A stretch of DNA of 64,000 nucleotides from an uncultured Nitrospiraceae bacterium (GTDB taxonomy: Bacteria; Nitrospirota; Thermodesulfovibrionia; Thermodesulfovibrionales; Dissulfurispiraceae): assembly GCA_963727805.1 (NCBI GenBank), contig CAVSHF010000005.1:1120001-1184000 (forward strand), read 5' to 3'. Each line of letters begins with the position of its first letter. The stretch's first letter is position 1. Both the position numbers and the translations under genes were made by a program. This document shows, in pieces, positions 1-9,479 of the stretch. Under the pieces are notes generated by a model that was given only the letters and a program-made list of their open reading frames with translations, made no database searches and was not told the DNA's origin.

Positions 1-339
1 GATCTCGTTAGTGAAGACGTCGAGCTTGAACTTGCCATACATGCCGCCATCAAGCTGATAGTTTTGAGTATGGTAGCCTGGATCGAGGACTCTGATTTTC
101 ATCCAATAGTCGTCGCTATCATAACCCAGCCTGATATCTCCGAAAAGACCGCCTTGCGACGTCTTCAAGTCTCTATATTCACTGAATTTGGCTTTGCTGC
201 CGCTCACATCAGTGGCTGCACCCGTTGCACCCACCTCTCCATAAAATGTCCCGTGTGTCTCAGCGTCGTCAACTGCAAAAGCACTGGCAAATGGCAGGAG
301 CAAAAAAGAGATGATTATAGTTATTTTTCTTAATTTCAT
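1..339 (-). CDS. MtrB/PioB-family outer-membrane beta-barrel porin, N-terminal part (runs off the window start)
   Basis: Not in the ORF track. AGGAGG RBS at 347-352 and ATG at 339, open to base 1: MKLRKITIIISFLLLPFASAFA (signal peptide)...GSKAKFSEYRDL...GLFGDIRLGYD...LDGGMYGKFKLD. Lies directly downstream of a decaheme cytochrome. Confidence 0.8.
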   Translation of the reverse strand, partial: MKLRKITIIISFLLLPFASAFAVDDAETHGTFYGEVGATGAATDVSGSKAKFSEYRDLKTSQGGLFGDIRLGYDSDDYWMKIRVLDPGYHTQNYQLDGGMYGKFKLDVFTNEI

Positions 340-350
340 TTCATTGCCTC

Positions 351-1292
351 CTATTCCCTAAAAGAACAGCCATTCGCAGTTTTTAATCCGTTGCTGCCGT
401 GAATGGACGGGTGGCAGTTCAGGCAGGCACGGCCGTATACATGGTTTGAGGGGTTGGTAATACCAGGCGCAGACGTCTGGAAGCGGGTGAAAGGCTTCCC
501 CCCCATACTCCCTCCGTTTCCGTGGCACTGCTCGCACAGAGACGGCACCCTCTGAGTCAGTAATCTGGGATGATTGCTCCCGTGGGGATTATGGCAGTTA
601 TCGCAATTCTCTTCTACAGGCGGGTGCTCGTTCATGTATGGCCCTCTTTTTTCCGCGTGACATTTATAGCAAAGGTCGTTGATAGAACCAGCCTTTAACA
701 TTTTGTCGCTAAGCTCACCATGAGGGTTATGACAGTTAACACATGCAACCTTGCCTTCTTTGATTGGATGGTGGGACTGTTTGTTTACCATGGCTTTTAT
801 GGCACTGTGGCACTGATAACACACCTCGGATTTTTCCGCTTTCAGGAGCTTATCTCCTCCTCTGTGAGGCGAATGGCAGTTGTCACACGAAACATCCTCG
901 GTACTATGTCTGCCACTCTTCCAAAACGCCTGATCCTTCATCACTTCATGGCAGGAGAGGCATTTTGCCGTCTTAGCGCCCGGATCTGTTTTTTTATCGA
1001 ACGCAAAGATATCCACTCCTCGTCCGCCGCCTTTTTCAACATGCTTTGCTCCGGGACCATGGCAGGTTTCGCAAGCGTCCTGCGATGCCGGCCCTTTCAC
1101 ATGTTTTTTTGAATGGACGGTCTTTTGATAGGTTTCATACTGGGTTTCGTGACAGCCCTTACATGTCGCAGCGCCGATGTATCCTTTCTTTGCATCGTCT
1201 TCTTTAATTCCCTCATCAGCGCCGAACGACACCGAGACGGAGAATAGAAGCAGGATTAGTGGAAATATAAGCAGAATATACCTTCTCTTCAT
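351..1292 (-). CDS. DmsE/MtrA-family periplasmic decaheme c-type cytochrome
   Basis: Signal peptide and ten CxxCH motifs (CKGCH, CETCH, CLSCH, CDNCH, CYQCH, CVNCH, CYKCH, CDNCH, CEQCH, CLNCH). Family motifs CHAEKRGP..EHPPV and HGSN. Confidence 0.92.
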   Translation of the reverse strand: MKRRYILLIFPLILLLFSVSVSFGADEGIKEDDAKKGYIGAATCKGCHETQYETYQKTVHSKKHVKGPASQDACETCHGPGAKHVEKGGGRGVDIFAFDKKTDPGAKTAKCLSCHEVMKDQAFWKSGRHSTEDVSCDNCHSPHRGGDKLLKAEKSEVCYQCHSAIKAMVNKQSHHPIKEGKVACVNCHNPHGELSDKMLKAGSINDLCYKCHAEKRGPYMNEHPPVEENCDNCHNPHGSNHPRLLTQRVPSLCEQCHGNGGSMGGKPFTRFQTSAPGITNPSNHVYGRACLNCHPSIHGSNGLKTANGCSFRE

Positions 1293-1347
1293 AAAGTGCC
1301 TCCAAGGTTTTCTATGTCGTTATGAATAAATTTGAACACACATACTA

Positions 1348-2178
1348 TTATTTAGCATCCTTCACCAACCGAAAACCCATTGCATGATGCCCAAAGGACG
1401 GTGTAAGACCTACACGATGAGAACTCCTGATCCCCATGGGACCGTTGCTCCAGCCACCGCCACGCATAACACGATATTCTCCAGATCCTTCATAGACCGG
1501 ATTATTCTTCGGAAGCTTGGTATAGGCACGGCTGTCATAAACATCCTCGCACCACTGCCAAACATTGCCAAGTATGTCATAAAGCCCAAATCCGTTAGGT
1601 TTAAAGCTGCCTACCGGTGAAGCAACTGCAAAGCCGTCGTCACAGAAAAAAGCAGTCAATCGCGGCCAACGTTTCTTTGCAGTCATATCTGCCACATTTG
1701 CATACTGGCAGGCATCATCGGGATTATTGCCCCAGAATCGGCTTGTCTTTGTACCAGCTCGGGCAGCATATTCCCACTCGGCTTCGGTCGGCAGTCGATA
1801 TTTTTGCCCCGTTTTATCCGATAGCCATTTCGCGAAGTCCACAGCATCTTCCCATGAAACATTGACGACCGGCTGTTGATCTTCGTCTAGACTCAAGCCT
1901 TCATAATTACCGCTGCTATGCTGGGGCCTGAATTTCTTGAACTGGGCATTTGTTACATCATATCGTCCGATGTAAAAATCCGATACGCACACCTCATGTG
2001 CCGGTCTCTCATTTGGATCTCCATCGCCAGCGGAATCCCCCATTTCATAACAGCCGCCTTTTACGAACACAAGCTCCATCCCTGTTACAGAATCTGAGTA
2101 AAGAGCCTCTGCATGAAGTACCGCGGGATAAGCGAAGAGTAAAAGAACCAATGCTAACCACAGCATTTTGAAAGTCAT
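1348..2178 (-). CDS. SUMF1/formylglycine-generating-enzyme-like domain protein, exported (paralog 1)
   Basis: Start moved to ATG 2178 (AGGAGG upstream). Signal peptide; PVVNVSWEDA, YRLPTEAEWEYAARAG, NGFGLYDILGNVWQW, RGGGW, GFRLV. Confidence 0.88.
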   Translation of the reverse strand: MTFKMLWLALVLLLFAYPAVLHAEALYSDSVTGMELVFVKGGCYEMGDSAGDGDPNERPAHEVCVSDFYIGRYDVTNAQFKKFRPQHSSGNYEGLSLDEDQQPVVNVSWEDAVDFAKWLSDKTGQKYRLPTEAEWEYAARAGTKTSRFWGNNPDDACQYANVADMTAKKRWPRLTAFFCDDGFAVASPVGSFKPNGFGLYDILGNVWQWCEDVYDSRAYTKLPKNNPVYEGSGEYRVMRGGGWSNGPMGIRSSHRVGLTPSFGHHAMGFRLVKDAK

Positions 2179-2411
2179 CCTGTACCTCCTCTTCTTGATA
2201 AATTGGCTTGACGGACCACAGGCGCTGCAAAGCGTAGATCTGATCGAATTGTTCCTGCATATCGCCGTTTCTGCCCCTGAGAGATTGGGACTCTTCATAT
2301 ATGAATTCGGAGATAAAATAACGGCACCGGTGCATCGCTGAGTTTGGGGAAGAATCATAGAAGATAACACCCCTTAAGCTATATTGGGCTACAGTTTATT
2401 TTGAACAAATG

Positions 2412-2597
2412 TTATCTAATATTTGCAGCCTGAGGGTGAGGAAGGGTCAGACTCAGAAGGCTGCTTAAAATCAAGTATAACAACAAAAAGCCGGTCAAGC
2501 ATCGGTTGTCGTGTTGATCGAAAAATAATACGTTAATACCGCCGAGAAAAAAGATCATGCTGAAGGTCAGTAAACCTTTGACAATCTGTTTCTTCAT
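2412..2597 (-). pseudogene. Short hydrophobic ORF, possibly the truncated N-terminus of a membrane sensor histidine kinase
   Basis: ATGA overlap with the upstream binding-protein gene. MKKQIVKGLLTFSMIFFLGGI looks like a TM1 segment, but the ORF ends after 61 aa. Confidence 0.4.
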
Positions 2598-3505
2598 TCC
2601 TTGCCCGCGTAGTCGAACGTTTGAAGCTGAATGCCTACTTCCCGGGCATATTCATAAATCGCTTTATAATCTTCATCCGTAGTCTCGATAAACCTTCTCG
2701 CTCCAAACTTCTCGAGCACGTTCTGTCCATCCGGATCTTTGTACATATCGAGTAGGACCTGCTTAAGTTCTTTCTTAAGTGCGACGTCAAGTCCCTTTCG
2801 AACCGCAAAGCCGCTTTCAGGCTCCTCGGGGAACCTCTCAAGAACCATCAGGTCGTTCTTTATGCGGCTGTTAGTGGCTTCAACTTTCTCGAAAACAGTG
2901 TTCTTTGCTGCGCCGATATCCGCCTTTCCGTCTAGCACATCGTAAATCGCCTCTGTATAGGTTCCCGCGAAATAGACCTCTTTGAAGTACGCCTTGTAAT
3001 TCTCAATACCCATTTTCTTAAAATATGCCAAAGGCAACAGGTAACCGGCGGTTGTAGCTTTGTCCACAAACGCAAAACGTTTCCCTTTCATGTCTTTTAT
3101 CGATTTAATTCCGCTGTCCCTTCTCACAAAAATGACACCGCGAGACATCGATCTACCGTAAAGGTCCTCAGCGCGCACCAGCACCTCAGCGCCCGCTGTT
3201 ATGTGAACAAGCGCATAGCTAAAACTCCCCAAAAAAGCCCCGTCAACTTCCGACGAGTGAAAATAATCAATTATAGTGCCATAGTGGGGCACTACTCGCC
3301 AGCGAATTGGTCTGCCGATCTTGGCCGAAAGATAGTCGGAAAGCTGCTCGTACCGATCCATCTGGGCGAAGATGTTTTGCTCCGGAATAAGTCCAACAAC
3401 AATTTCCGGACCTCGTGATACCGTCTTTGGAGAGATATCTTCCCGCTTTTTACAAGCGGTAAGAGCAGAGAGAAGGCAACAAATGATAACAAGTGATTTA
3501 AACAT
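2594..3505 (-). CDS. PhnD/phosphate-phosphite-phosphonate-type substrate-binding lipoprotein
   Basis: Lipobox LTAC; GLIPEQN, DMKGKRFAFVDKATTAGYLLP, VLDGKADIGAAK. No ABC ATPase or permease gene nearby. Confidence 0.85.
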   Translation of the reverse strand: MFKSLVIICCLLSALTACKKREDISPKTVSRGPEIVVGLIPEQNIFAQMDRYEQLSDYLSAKIGRPIRWRVVPHYGTIIDYFHSSEVDGAFLGSFSYALVHITAGAEVLVRAEDLYGRSMSRGVIFVRRDSGIKSIKDMKGKRFAFVDKATTAGYLLPLAYFKKMGIENYKAYFKEVYFAGTYTEAIYDVLDGKADIGAAKNTVFEKVEATNSRIKNDLMVLERFPEEPESGFAVRKGLDVALKKELKQVLLDMYKDPDGQNVLEKFGARRFIETTDEDYKAIYEYAREVGIQLQTFDYAGKE

Positions 3506-3698
3506 TGGACAGATCAGCAAGCCTTTATGACGCAGGTTGCGGTCATACGTCGCAGACCCACAGGATTGCTTCGATGCCTCCTTTTAATCAAAAATCCAGG
3601 CATTTCAAACCGGCTCGAAATCAGCATGCATAATCATAAAAACGTGGTCCCTGAGTTGGCAATGAGTACAGAACCTTCAAAATAATCTTGTACTCTTC

Positions 3699-4520
3699 TC
3701 ATTTCGTCGTCACCAGCCGAAACCCGAGTGCATGATGGCCGAAATCCGGAGTCAGCGGTACACGATGAGATACCCTTACACCCAGAGGTCCGTTGCTCCA
3801 TCCGCCGCCCCGCATAACGCGATATATGCCGGAACCCTCGAACACCGGGTTGTATCTCGGAAGTTTGGTATAGGCTCCTTTGTTGTATACGTCCTCCACC
3901 CACTGCCAAACATTGCCCAGCATATCGTAAAGTCCATAGCCGTTTGGCAAAAAACTGCCGACAGGAGACGAAACCACAAACTTGTCATCACAGTTAAAGA
4001 CAGTCCACCTCTTCCATCGCTTCCTTGCAGAGAGATCAGCCACGTTTGCATATTTGCAGGCATCGTCAGGGTTATCGCCCCAGAAATATGTAGTCTTTGT
4101 TCCTGCCCGCGCGGCATACTCCCACTCTGCCTCGGTTGGCAGCCTGTAAGTCTTCCCGCTTTTTTGCGACAGCCATCTAGCAAAAGCGACCGCATCCTCC
4201 CAGGACACATTCACAACCGGCTGCATGTCATCATTGACTGACATGCCCTCAAATTCGCCACTATTATGCTGGGGCCGAAATTTTCTGAACTGCTGATTGG
4301 TAACATCGAACTTACCTATGTAAAAATCACTAACGCACACCTCATGGAGAGGCCTGTCATTACTGTCGCCGGCTGGGTCCCCCATTTCATAACACCCCCC
4401 TTTAATAAATACAAACTCCAGTCCTGTGACAGCATCCACAAGTGGGGGTTCTGCATTGGCAGCTGCAACAAATACGGAAAGGACAAGCATCAATGCAGCT
4501 AACGAAATTTTTAAGACCAT
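3699..4520 (-). CDS. SUMF1/FGE-like domain protein, exported (paralog 2)
   Basis: Start MVLKISL at 4520 after GGAGAAGG. Same motifs as paralog 1 (YRLPTEAEWEYAARAG, LYDMLGNVWQW, RGGGW). Confidence 0.88.
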   Translation of the reverse strand: MVLKISLAALMLVLSVFVAAANAEPPLVDAVTGLEFVFIKGGCYEMGDPAGDSNDRPLHEVCVSDFYIGKFDVTNQQFRKFRPQHNSGEFEGMSVNDDMQPVVNVSWEDAVAFARWLSQKSGKTYRLPTEAEWEYAARAGTKTTYFWGDNPDDACKYANVADLSARKRWKRWTVFNCDDKFVVSSPVGSFLPNGYGLYDMLGNVWQWVEDVYNKGAYTKLPRYNPVFEGSGIYRVMRGGGWSNGPLGVRVSHRVPLTPDFGHHALGFRLVTTK

Positions 4521-4836
4521 GTTACGCCTTCTCCCCTGCAATTGCTAGATTCTCAATTGGTGTATCTCCTGACTGAAGCAATATGTGCGACACTAAGCAT
4601 AGGCGAGTTCGCTCTGGTGACTGTGTCAGATTTCTCTTGAACACCCATCTCCTTAAACGGCGATTGATGATATTTATTTTAAAGAACCTTATTATTAGTA
4701 TAGCAAAAAAATATCTGCCTGAGTAGCCGATAATCTGATACTCCTAAAATTTATAGCACCCATAACGAAGATATATCAAGCGGGTCAGTAAAGTCTCCAC
4801 GACAAGACTATTAAAATTCGTTACTATGTAGGAGTT

Positions 4837-5243
4837 ATATCACTAAAAGTTGGCAACTGGATTTGACTCTTAATATCCAGTCCGTTGCCGATAAGCACAA
4901 AAAACTTGTTCCACTTGTGAATGACCGTTACAATGCCATGAGGTCTGTGAAAGGACAGCAGATTATGGGCAATATCCTTGATGAACTGATTGATTACACC
5001 AAGGCGCATTTTGCAACGGCAGAGCAACTTATGTTGATCCACACGTCCCCTGGATACTTGGTTCATAAGAAGGAGCATGACAATTTAACTCAGCAGGTGG
5101 TCAGCCTTCGCCAGGATTGCAAGGCGGTACAGCCGGTCATTACCGTCGCGCTTATAAGCTTTCTCAAGGGCTGGCTCTCCACGCATATCAAAAGCACGGA
5201 TCAAAAACACGACCCTTTCATGATTAACAAAGGGGCATCGTAG
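4837..5243 (+). pseudogene. Degenerate bacteriohemerythrin
   Basis: H..LV..VN, LIDYTKAHF, HKKEH, WLSTHIKSTD match hemerythrin. After the AGGAG RBS (4830-4834) the expected start reads ATA and is out of frame with the body, and HFxxEE reads HFATAE. Confidence 0.75.
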
Positions 5244-5391
5244 TCGGAATCTCCCAAGAAAATGTTCCCGGAATTTTGTCTGATATTTCTTGAGAGCTTT
5301 CGTTACATACTCCCCTGGCGACCCAAATAAAGGGAGGGCAGGCTCACAATCGATAGTGATTATTGAAACTAATCACTATACACGAAGAGGG

Positions 5392-6759
5392 TTAGACTCT
5401 GCTGTCCTCTTGCTGCAACGGGGCACTGTTCATGAGCCGATCGCGGACAAAACCTATATGACCGCGGAGCACATAGAATTGCTCGGCAAAGGACGCTGGT
5501 ACTTTCATATTGTTGACCGCACGTTCTATGTGGTCAAGCCGGGAGAGCAATTCTTGCCTCTTCTCAGGCTCCACATGCGCTAGTAGTTCCTGTTCGAGTG
5601 CAAGCAACGCCCGGTACCATCGGTAGATGCCTAAGCTAATCCGCCATCGATAGAGCGCGGGGATCATACGCAGTCCCGGGATCAACAAAACAACCATCGG
5701 CACAAAAACTACGAGGATGCGATTTACCAGACTCGCCATCCAGAACGGAAGAGAACGATAGAGGAAGCTCTTACCGGATTTGTAATAACGGGCTGCATCG
5801 TCACTAATAGTAAATTCATGTGATAGCGGGGTGGGGAATTCGTCCTTGCGCCTCAGAAGACCAGCGGGACTATGGACTTCATGCGCCGCCTCGATTAATA
5901 AATCTGATAGAGCCGGATGCAGATCGGATCGTGCAATTAGCTCTACTGTGGGGCCGATTAGATGGACATCGTGTGTGGGAATATCTTTCCCAAAATCGAT
6001 GGAGCCCTTCGGTAGCACCAGCTCATTCAAATAGGTGATACGACGAGTATACCCTTCGGCTTGAATAAAATTTAATAGATGAACTCCCCGAGCTGTCATA
6101 AGTGTATGCATATTCTGTACCGAGGCGGAATCTCCCATCAAAAATACGGCGTCAACTTTACCTTCAAGCAACGCCTTTGTTGCGTCTTCTGCTTCCAGAT
6201 CTACAAAAGCTGTCACGCCGTTCGGTTCAATGCCATTAGCTGCGAGCAGTGCCATCGCCAGAGTTCGCGTCCCGCTGCCCGGAGGGCCGATCGCAAGCCG
6301 CTTGCCGTTCAGTTCGGAAAGCAAATCCACCGGCGCAGCACTCCGATAAAAAATCAGTAGTGGTTGATGTGAGATGCTTCCGAGCGAGACAAGCTTATCA
6401 ATCTTCAGTCCAGTGGCTACGCCGCCCTGAACAAACCCGATGTCGACACGAAATGATGGATCATTCAGTCTTTTTAGGTTTTCAAGAGAGCCTTCTGAAG
6501 AAAGGATTTTTAACTTTACGCCATTGCGTGCAAGTATTTTGGCGTATTTCTCGGCGTTGGTTCGGAATACGCTGCCTTCGGGACCGCTTGTGATGATGAT
6601 CGTTTTTGGCGGTGCCGAATGAAAGAACCAGAAAACAGCAAAGATCGTACTTAGGCTGATCAAAAGAATGATAATGACGGCTACTGCACGACCCAGTCCG
6701 AAAAACTCGGTAAATACTGCCTGAACTTGGGCAAGACTTATGTTACGAATTGATCGCAT
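5392..6759 (-). CDS. TAXI-family TRAP solute-binding domain protein with N- and C-terminal membrane anchors
   Basis: SGPEGS, SEGSLENL, VDIGFVQGG, IGPPGSGT; hydrophobic segments at both ends. Confidence 0.8.
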   Translation of the reverse strand: MRSIRNISLAQVQAVFTEFFGLGRAVAVIIILLISLSTIFAVFWFFHSAPPKTIIITSGPEGSVFRTNAEKYAKILARNGVKLKILSSEGSLENLKRLNDPSFRVDIGFVQGGVATGLKIDKLVSLGSISHQPLLIFYRSAAPVDLLSELNGKRLAIGPPGSGTRTLAMALLAANGIEPNGVTAFVDLEAEDATKALLEGKVDAVFLMGDSASVQNMHTLMTARGVHLLNFIQAEGYTRRITYLNELVLPKGSIDFGKDIPTHDVHLIGPTVELIARSDLHPALSDLLIEAAHEVHSPAGLLRRKDEFPTPLSHEFTISDDAARYYKSGKSFLYRSLPFWMASLVNRILVVFVPMVVLLIPGLRMIPALYRWRISLGIYRWYRALLALEQELLAHVEPEKRQELLSRLDHIERAVNNMKVPASFAEQFYVLRGHIGFVRDRLMNSAPLQQEDSRV

Positions 6760-7123
6760 GGTTATTAAATTATATCATACTATACTCGGTAAGACGCCTG
6801 TTACTCGCTCTCTCATTTTTAGCATGTCGTAGGTGAAGTCCACTGTCTCGGGTATACTACGGAGATTTATGTTACCGGTTGACGTCAGCACAATCTTAAC
6901 ATTTTTAAAGGTGTTGATACCTGCAGGCAGTGCTCCTCGATGTCATTTGCGAATAGCTATTTCCTGAAGAACTACACACCTGCACTTTCATGGGATAGCC
7001 CGCCTTACACTATAATCATGAGGTTTCATATTCATCTTATCCTGATTGAACAGTTTGTAATACAAAGGCAACTGAATGATTGAAGTGTAGAATTCTGATA
7101 GGGTTCAATACTAAATCCCACCT

Positions 7124-8482
7124 TCATTTATTAGGCTCCTGCCCCTTGTTGAGCATGGCCTTTGATCCATAATACTCATCGCAGTCAGTAGCATCCGTTT
7201 CGATACTCATTGCGAAGTATTCCGCCGCACCTTGTTTGTTCCCGTCAACTAGGCGCTTCACCCCAAGAAAGAAGTATGCCTCGCACAGCATCTCACCACG
7301 TCTTTTCACATCCTTGTCCTTCCTGATCTCTGTCAGGACGTATTGCTCGCTGACCTTGTCGGCGCTTGTGTAATATGCTGCAACTGCTCGCATAACTCCA
7401 GCGGTATCGTTTGTAGAAACATACTTCCGGAGCTGGTTGATAGCCGGTGTATCATTGCGTTTCAGCATCCATGCAACATTCAGCAGACGCAGGTATGGGT
7501 ATCCAAACATCGGGTCCAGTTCTATGGCCTTGGCAAAGTCTGTCTCGGCCGGAGCATACAAACCTTCATCATAATAGGCATTGCCACGGTTCGTGTAGGC
7601 GTTCACAAATTTAGGCCCTAGAGCAATCGCTTTGGAGTAATCGGCAATAGCCTGATCATATAGGCCTTTGTTGCGGTAAGCGATTCCCCGATTATTATAG
7701 GCGATGACACTCTTGGAGTCCAGATCGATGGCTTTACTATAGTCAGCTATGGCATGGTCGTAAAGACCCTTGTGGCGATATGAAATGCCACGGTTGATGT
7801 AAGAGTTCACATTCCTAGGGTCCAGATCGATGGCCCTGGAGTAATCGGCTATGGCCTGATCGTAAAGACCCCTGTCATCATATGCAACAGCTCGGTTGAA
7901 ATAGGCGTAGGCAAACGCCGAGTCTAGGCCTATTGCCCTGTTGTAATCTGCCAGGGCTCGCTCATAGCTACCCTTCCTATAATGAACGATACCACGGTTG
8001 TTATGAGCCATAACATTCTTAGGCGCCAGACTTATAGCCCTGTCGAAATCATCTTTTGCCTGATCATAAAGGCCCATTTTATAATAAGCAATACCCCGGT
8101 TAATATAGGCATTCACGTTCTTGCTGGCCAAGCCGATAGTCTTAGTATAGTCGTCTATTGCTGGGTCGAACAGGCTTTTGTCACTATAAGCATTACCTCG
8201 GTTAAAGTATGCATCAAAAAGATTTGGATTAAGAGCGATGGCCCTATTGTAATCGACTATGGCCTGATCACAAAGACCCTCCTTATAGGCAGCATAGCCC
8301 CGATTATTGTAAATTGCCGCCATGTCATCCTTTGACATGCCACTGTTTCGCATCTTCGCATATTCCTCGATCGCCAAGTGATAATCCTTGCCTCCAGCAG
8401 TATCGTGACACAGGTTATCTGCCCGGCAGACAACCGCGCCTGCAAGCAGCATTGCAACAGAACATGCAATGACCATCCTCAT
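7124..8482 (-). CDS. Exported tetratricopeptide-repeat protein with an NlpI-like C-terminus
   Basis: Tandem 34-aa repeats (AYxNRGxAY..KGLYDQAIADYSxAIxLDP); C-terminal CEAYFFLG. GAGGAGG RBS at 8491-8497 favours ATG 8482. Confidence 0.85.
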   Translation of the reverse strand: MRMVIACSVAMLLAGAVVCRADNLCHDTAGGKDYHLAIEEYAKMRNSGMSKDDMAAIYNNRGYAAYKEGLCDQAIVDYNRAIALNPNLFDAYFNRGNAYSDKSLFDPAIDDYTKTIGLASKNVNAYINRGIAYYKMGLYDQAKDDFDRAISLAPKNVMAHNNRGIVHYRKGSYERALADYNRAIGLDSAFAYAYFNRAVAYDDRGLYDQAIADYSRAIDLDPRNVNSYINRGISYRHKGLYDHAIADYSKAIDLDSKSVIAYNNRGIAYRNKGLYDQAIADYSKAIALGPKFVNAYTNRGNAYYDEGLYAPAETDFAKAIELDPMFGYPYLRLLNVAWMLKRNDTPAINQLRKYVSTNDTAGVMRAVAAYYTSADKVSEQYVLTEIRKDKDVKRRGEMLCEAYFFLGVKRLVDGNKQGAAEYFAMSIETDATDCDEYYGSKAMLNKGQEPNK

Positions 8483-9043
8483 GACCACGGCCTCCTCATA
8501 TGCAATTCGAAAATTTCCATCTCAGTCGATACGTTTACCGACACCCATCTCGATATGCAGCTCGATATCCAGAAGGCTGCTATTTCAGGCCTGCTTCCAC
8601 CCCTACCTAAAAGGTGCTTAGCATTCCATACAGTGCCACCAAAAATTGCTACGAGGAGCAGGTTCTTCATCCTGTTCATAACTTCGATATAGTTGGTTTC
8701 AACCGCCACACTATAGCCGAAGTGTTCCATGAGGACATGACATTAGTTCGTTCCGTAACTGAAGATTTAAGCTTACTGATGACCCCGCCAGTACCACGGG
8801 CATGCGCAGCGCCCTTGACCCGGTTTTATTAATAATTATATATTTCAACTTTACCATATTGTTGAGGTTAAAAAGATAGTAGTATCCTGCGTTTTTCATG
8901 AAAGTTAGGTTCCCTGACTCATCAGCCTTGATGTAATCCTGTACTATACAAAATACAATTTCCTCCATCTTACTGTGACTGAGCATTTATAAAAATAACA
9001 TCATGATCAGCTAATATGCCATGAAAGGCACAGCGATCTGGTA

Positions 9044-9310
9044 GTGTAGACCTTGTGCACAGAGCTAGGGAGTCTATGGGAGAATGGCTACATCGAGTCA
9101 TTCAATGGGGACCTGAGGAATGATCTTTTGACAGAGAAACTTTTACGACATTACGTGAGGCGCAGTACTGATAGAGGACTGGCGCAACAGTAAAATCATG
9201 TGCGACCTCACAGCTCTCCTGAGCATGGGCCACGGATCAAAGGCTACATGAACCAGTTATCAAACAATCAATACTACACTGAGTGTGGTACAATAATCCG
9301 GGACAAGTCA
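9044..9310 (+). mobile_element. Decayed IS3-family insertion sequence: transposase C-terminus and right end
   Basis: Translates across stops and frameshifts as ..GSLWENGYIESFNGDLRNDLL..TTLREAQ..LIEDWR..NHVRPHSS, the rve integrase C-terminal motif. Ends GTGGTACAATAATCCGGGACAAGTCA, resembling an IS3-type IR ending in CA. Confidence 0.8.
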
Positions 9311-9479
9311 ATTATCTCAATTATCGAGAATAAAAATGCAAAAACACAGTCTCTACAATAAGATATCAGAAGCTTAACCAAGCGTTGGTGTTAGCTAACT
9401 TCTATATATTGGAGACTATCGATAACGGTTAAAGTCGAGTTTGATATTCCTATGAACGTATTACAATGAAGAAAAGAAC

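Noticed and set aside
64..333. 89-aa plus-strand ORF in the track
   Set aside because: It is the antisense shadow of the real minus-strand MtrB-like gene (1-339), which has an RBS and a signal peptide.
1348..4520. FGE-fold paralogs as diversity-generating retroelement targets
   Set aside because: No reverse transcriptase in the window and no template/variable repeat pair with adenine-specific differences was seen. The similarity spans whole genes, which fits duplication.
8479..8986. Small ORFs upstream of the TPR gene
   Set aside because: AT-rich, no RBS or domain evidence, mutually overlapping.
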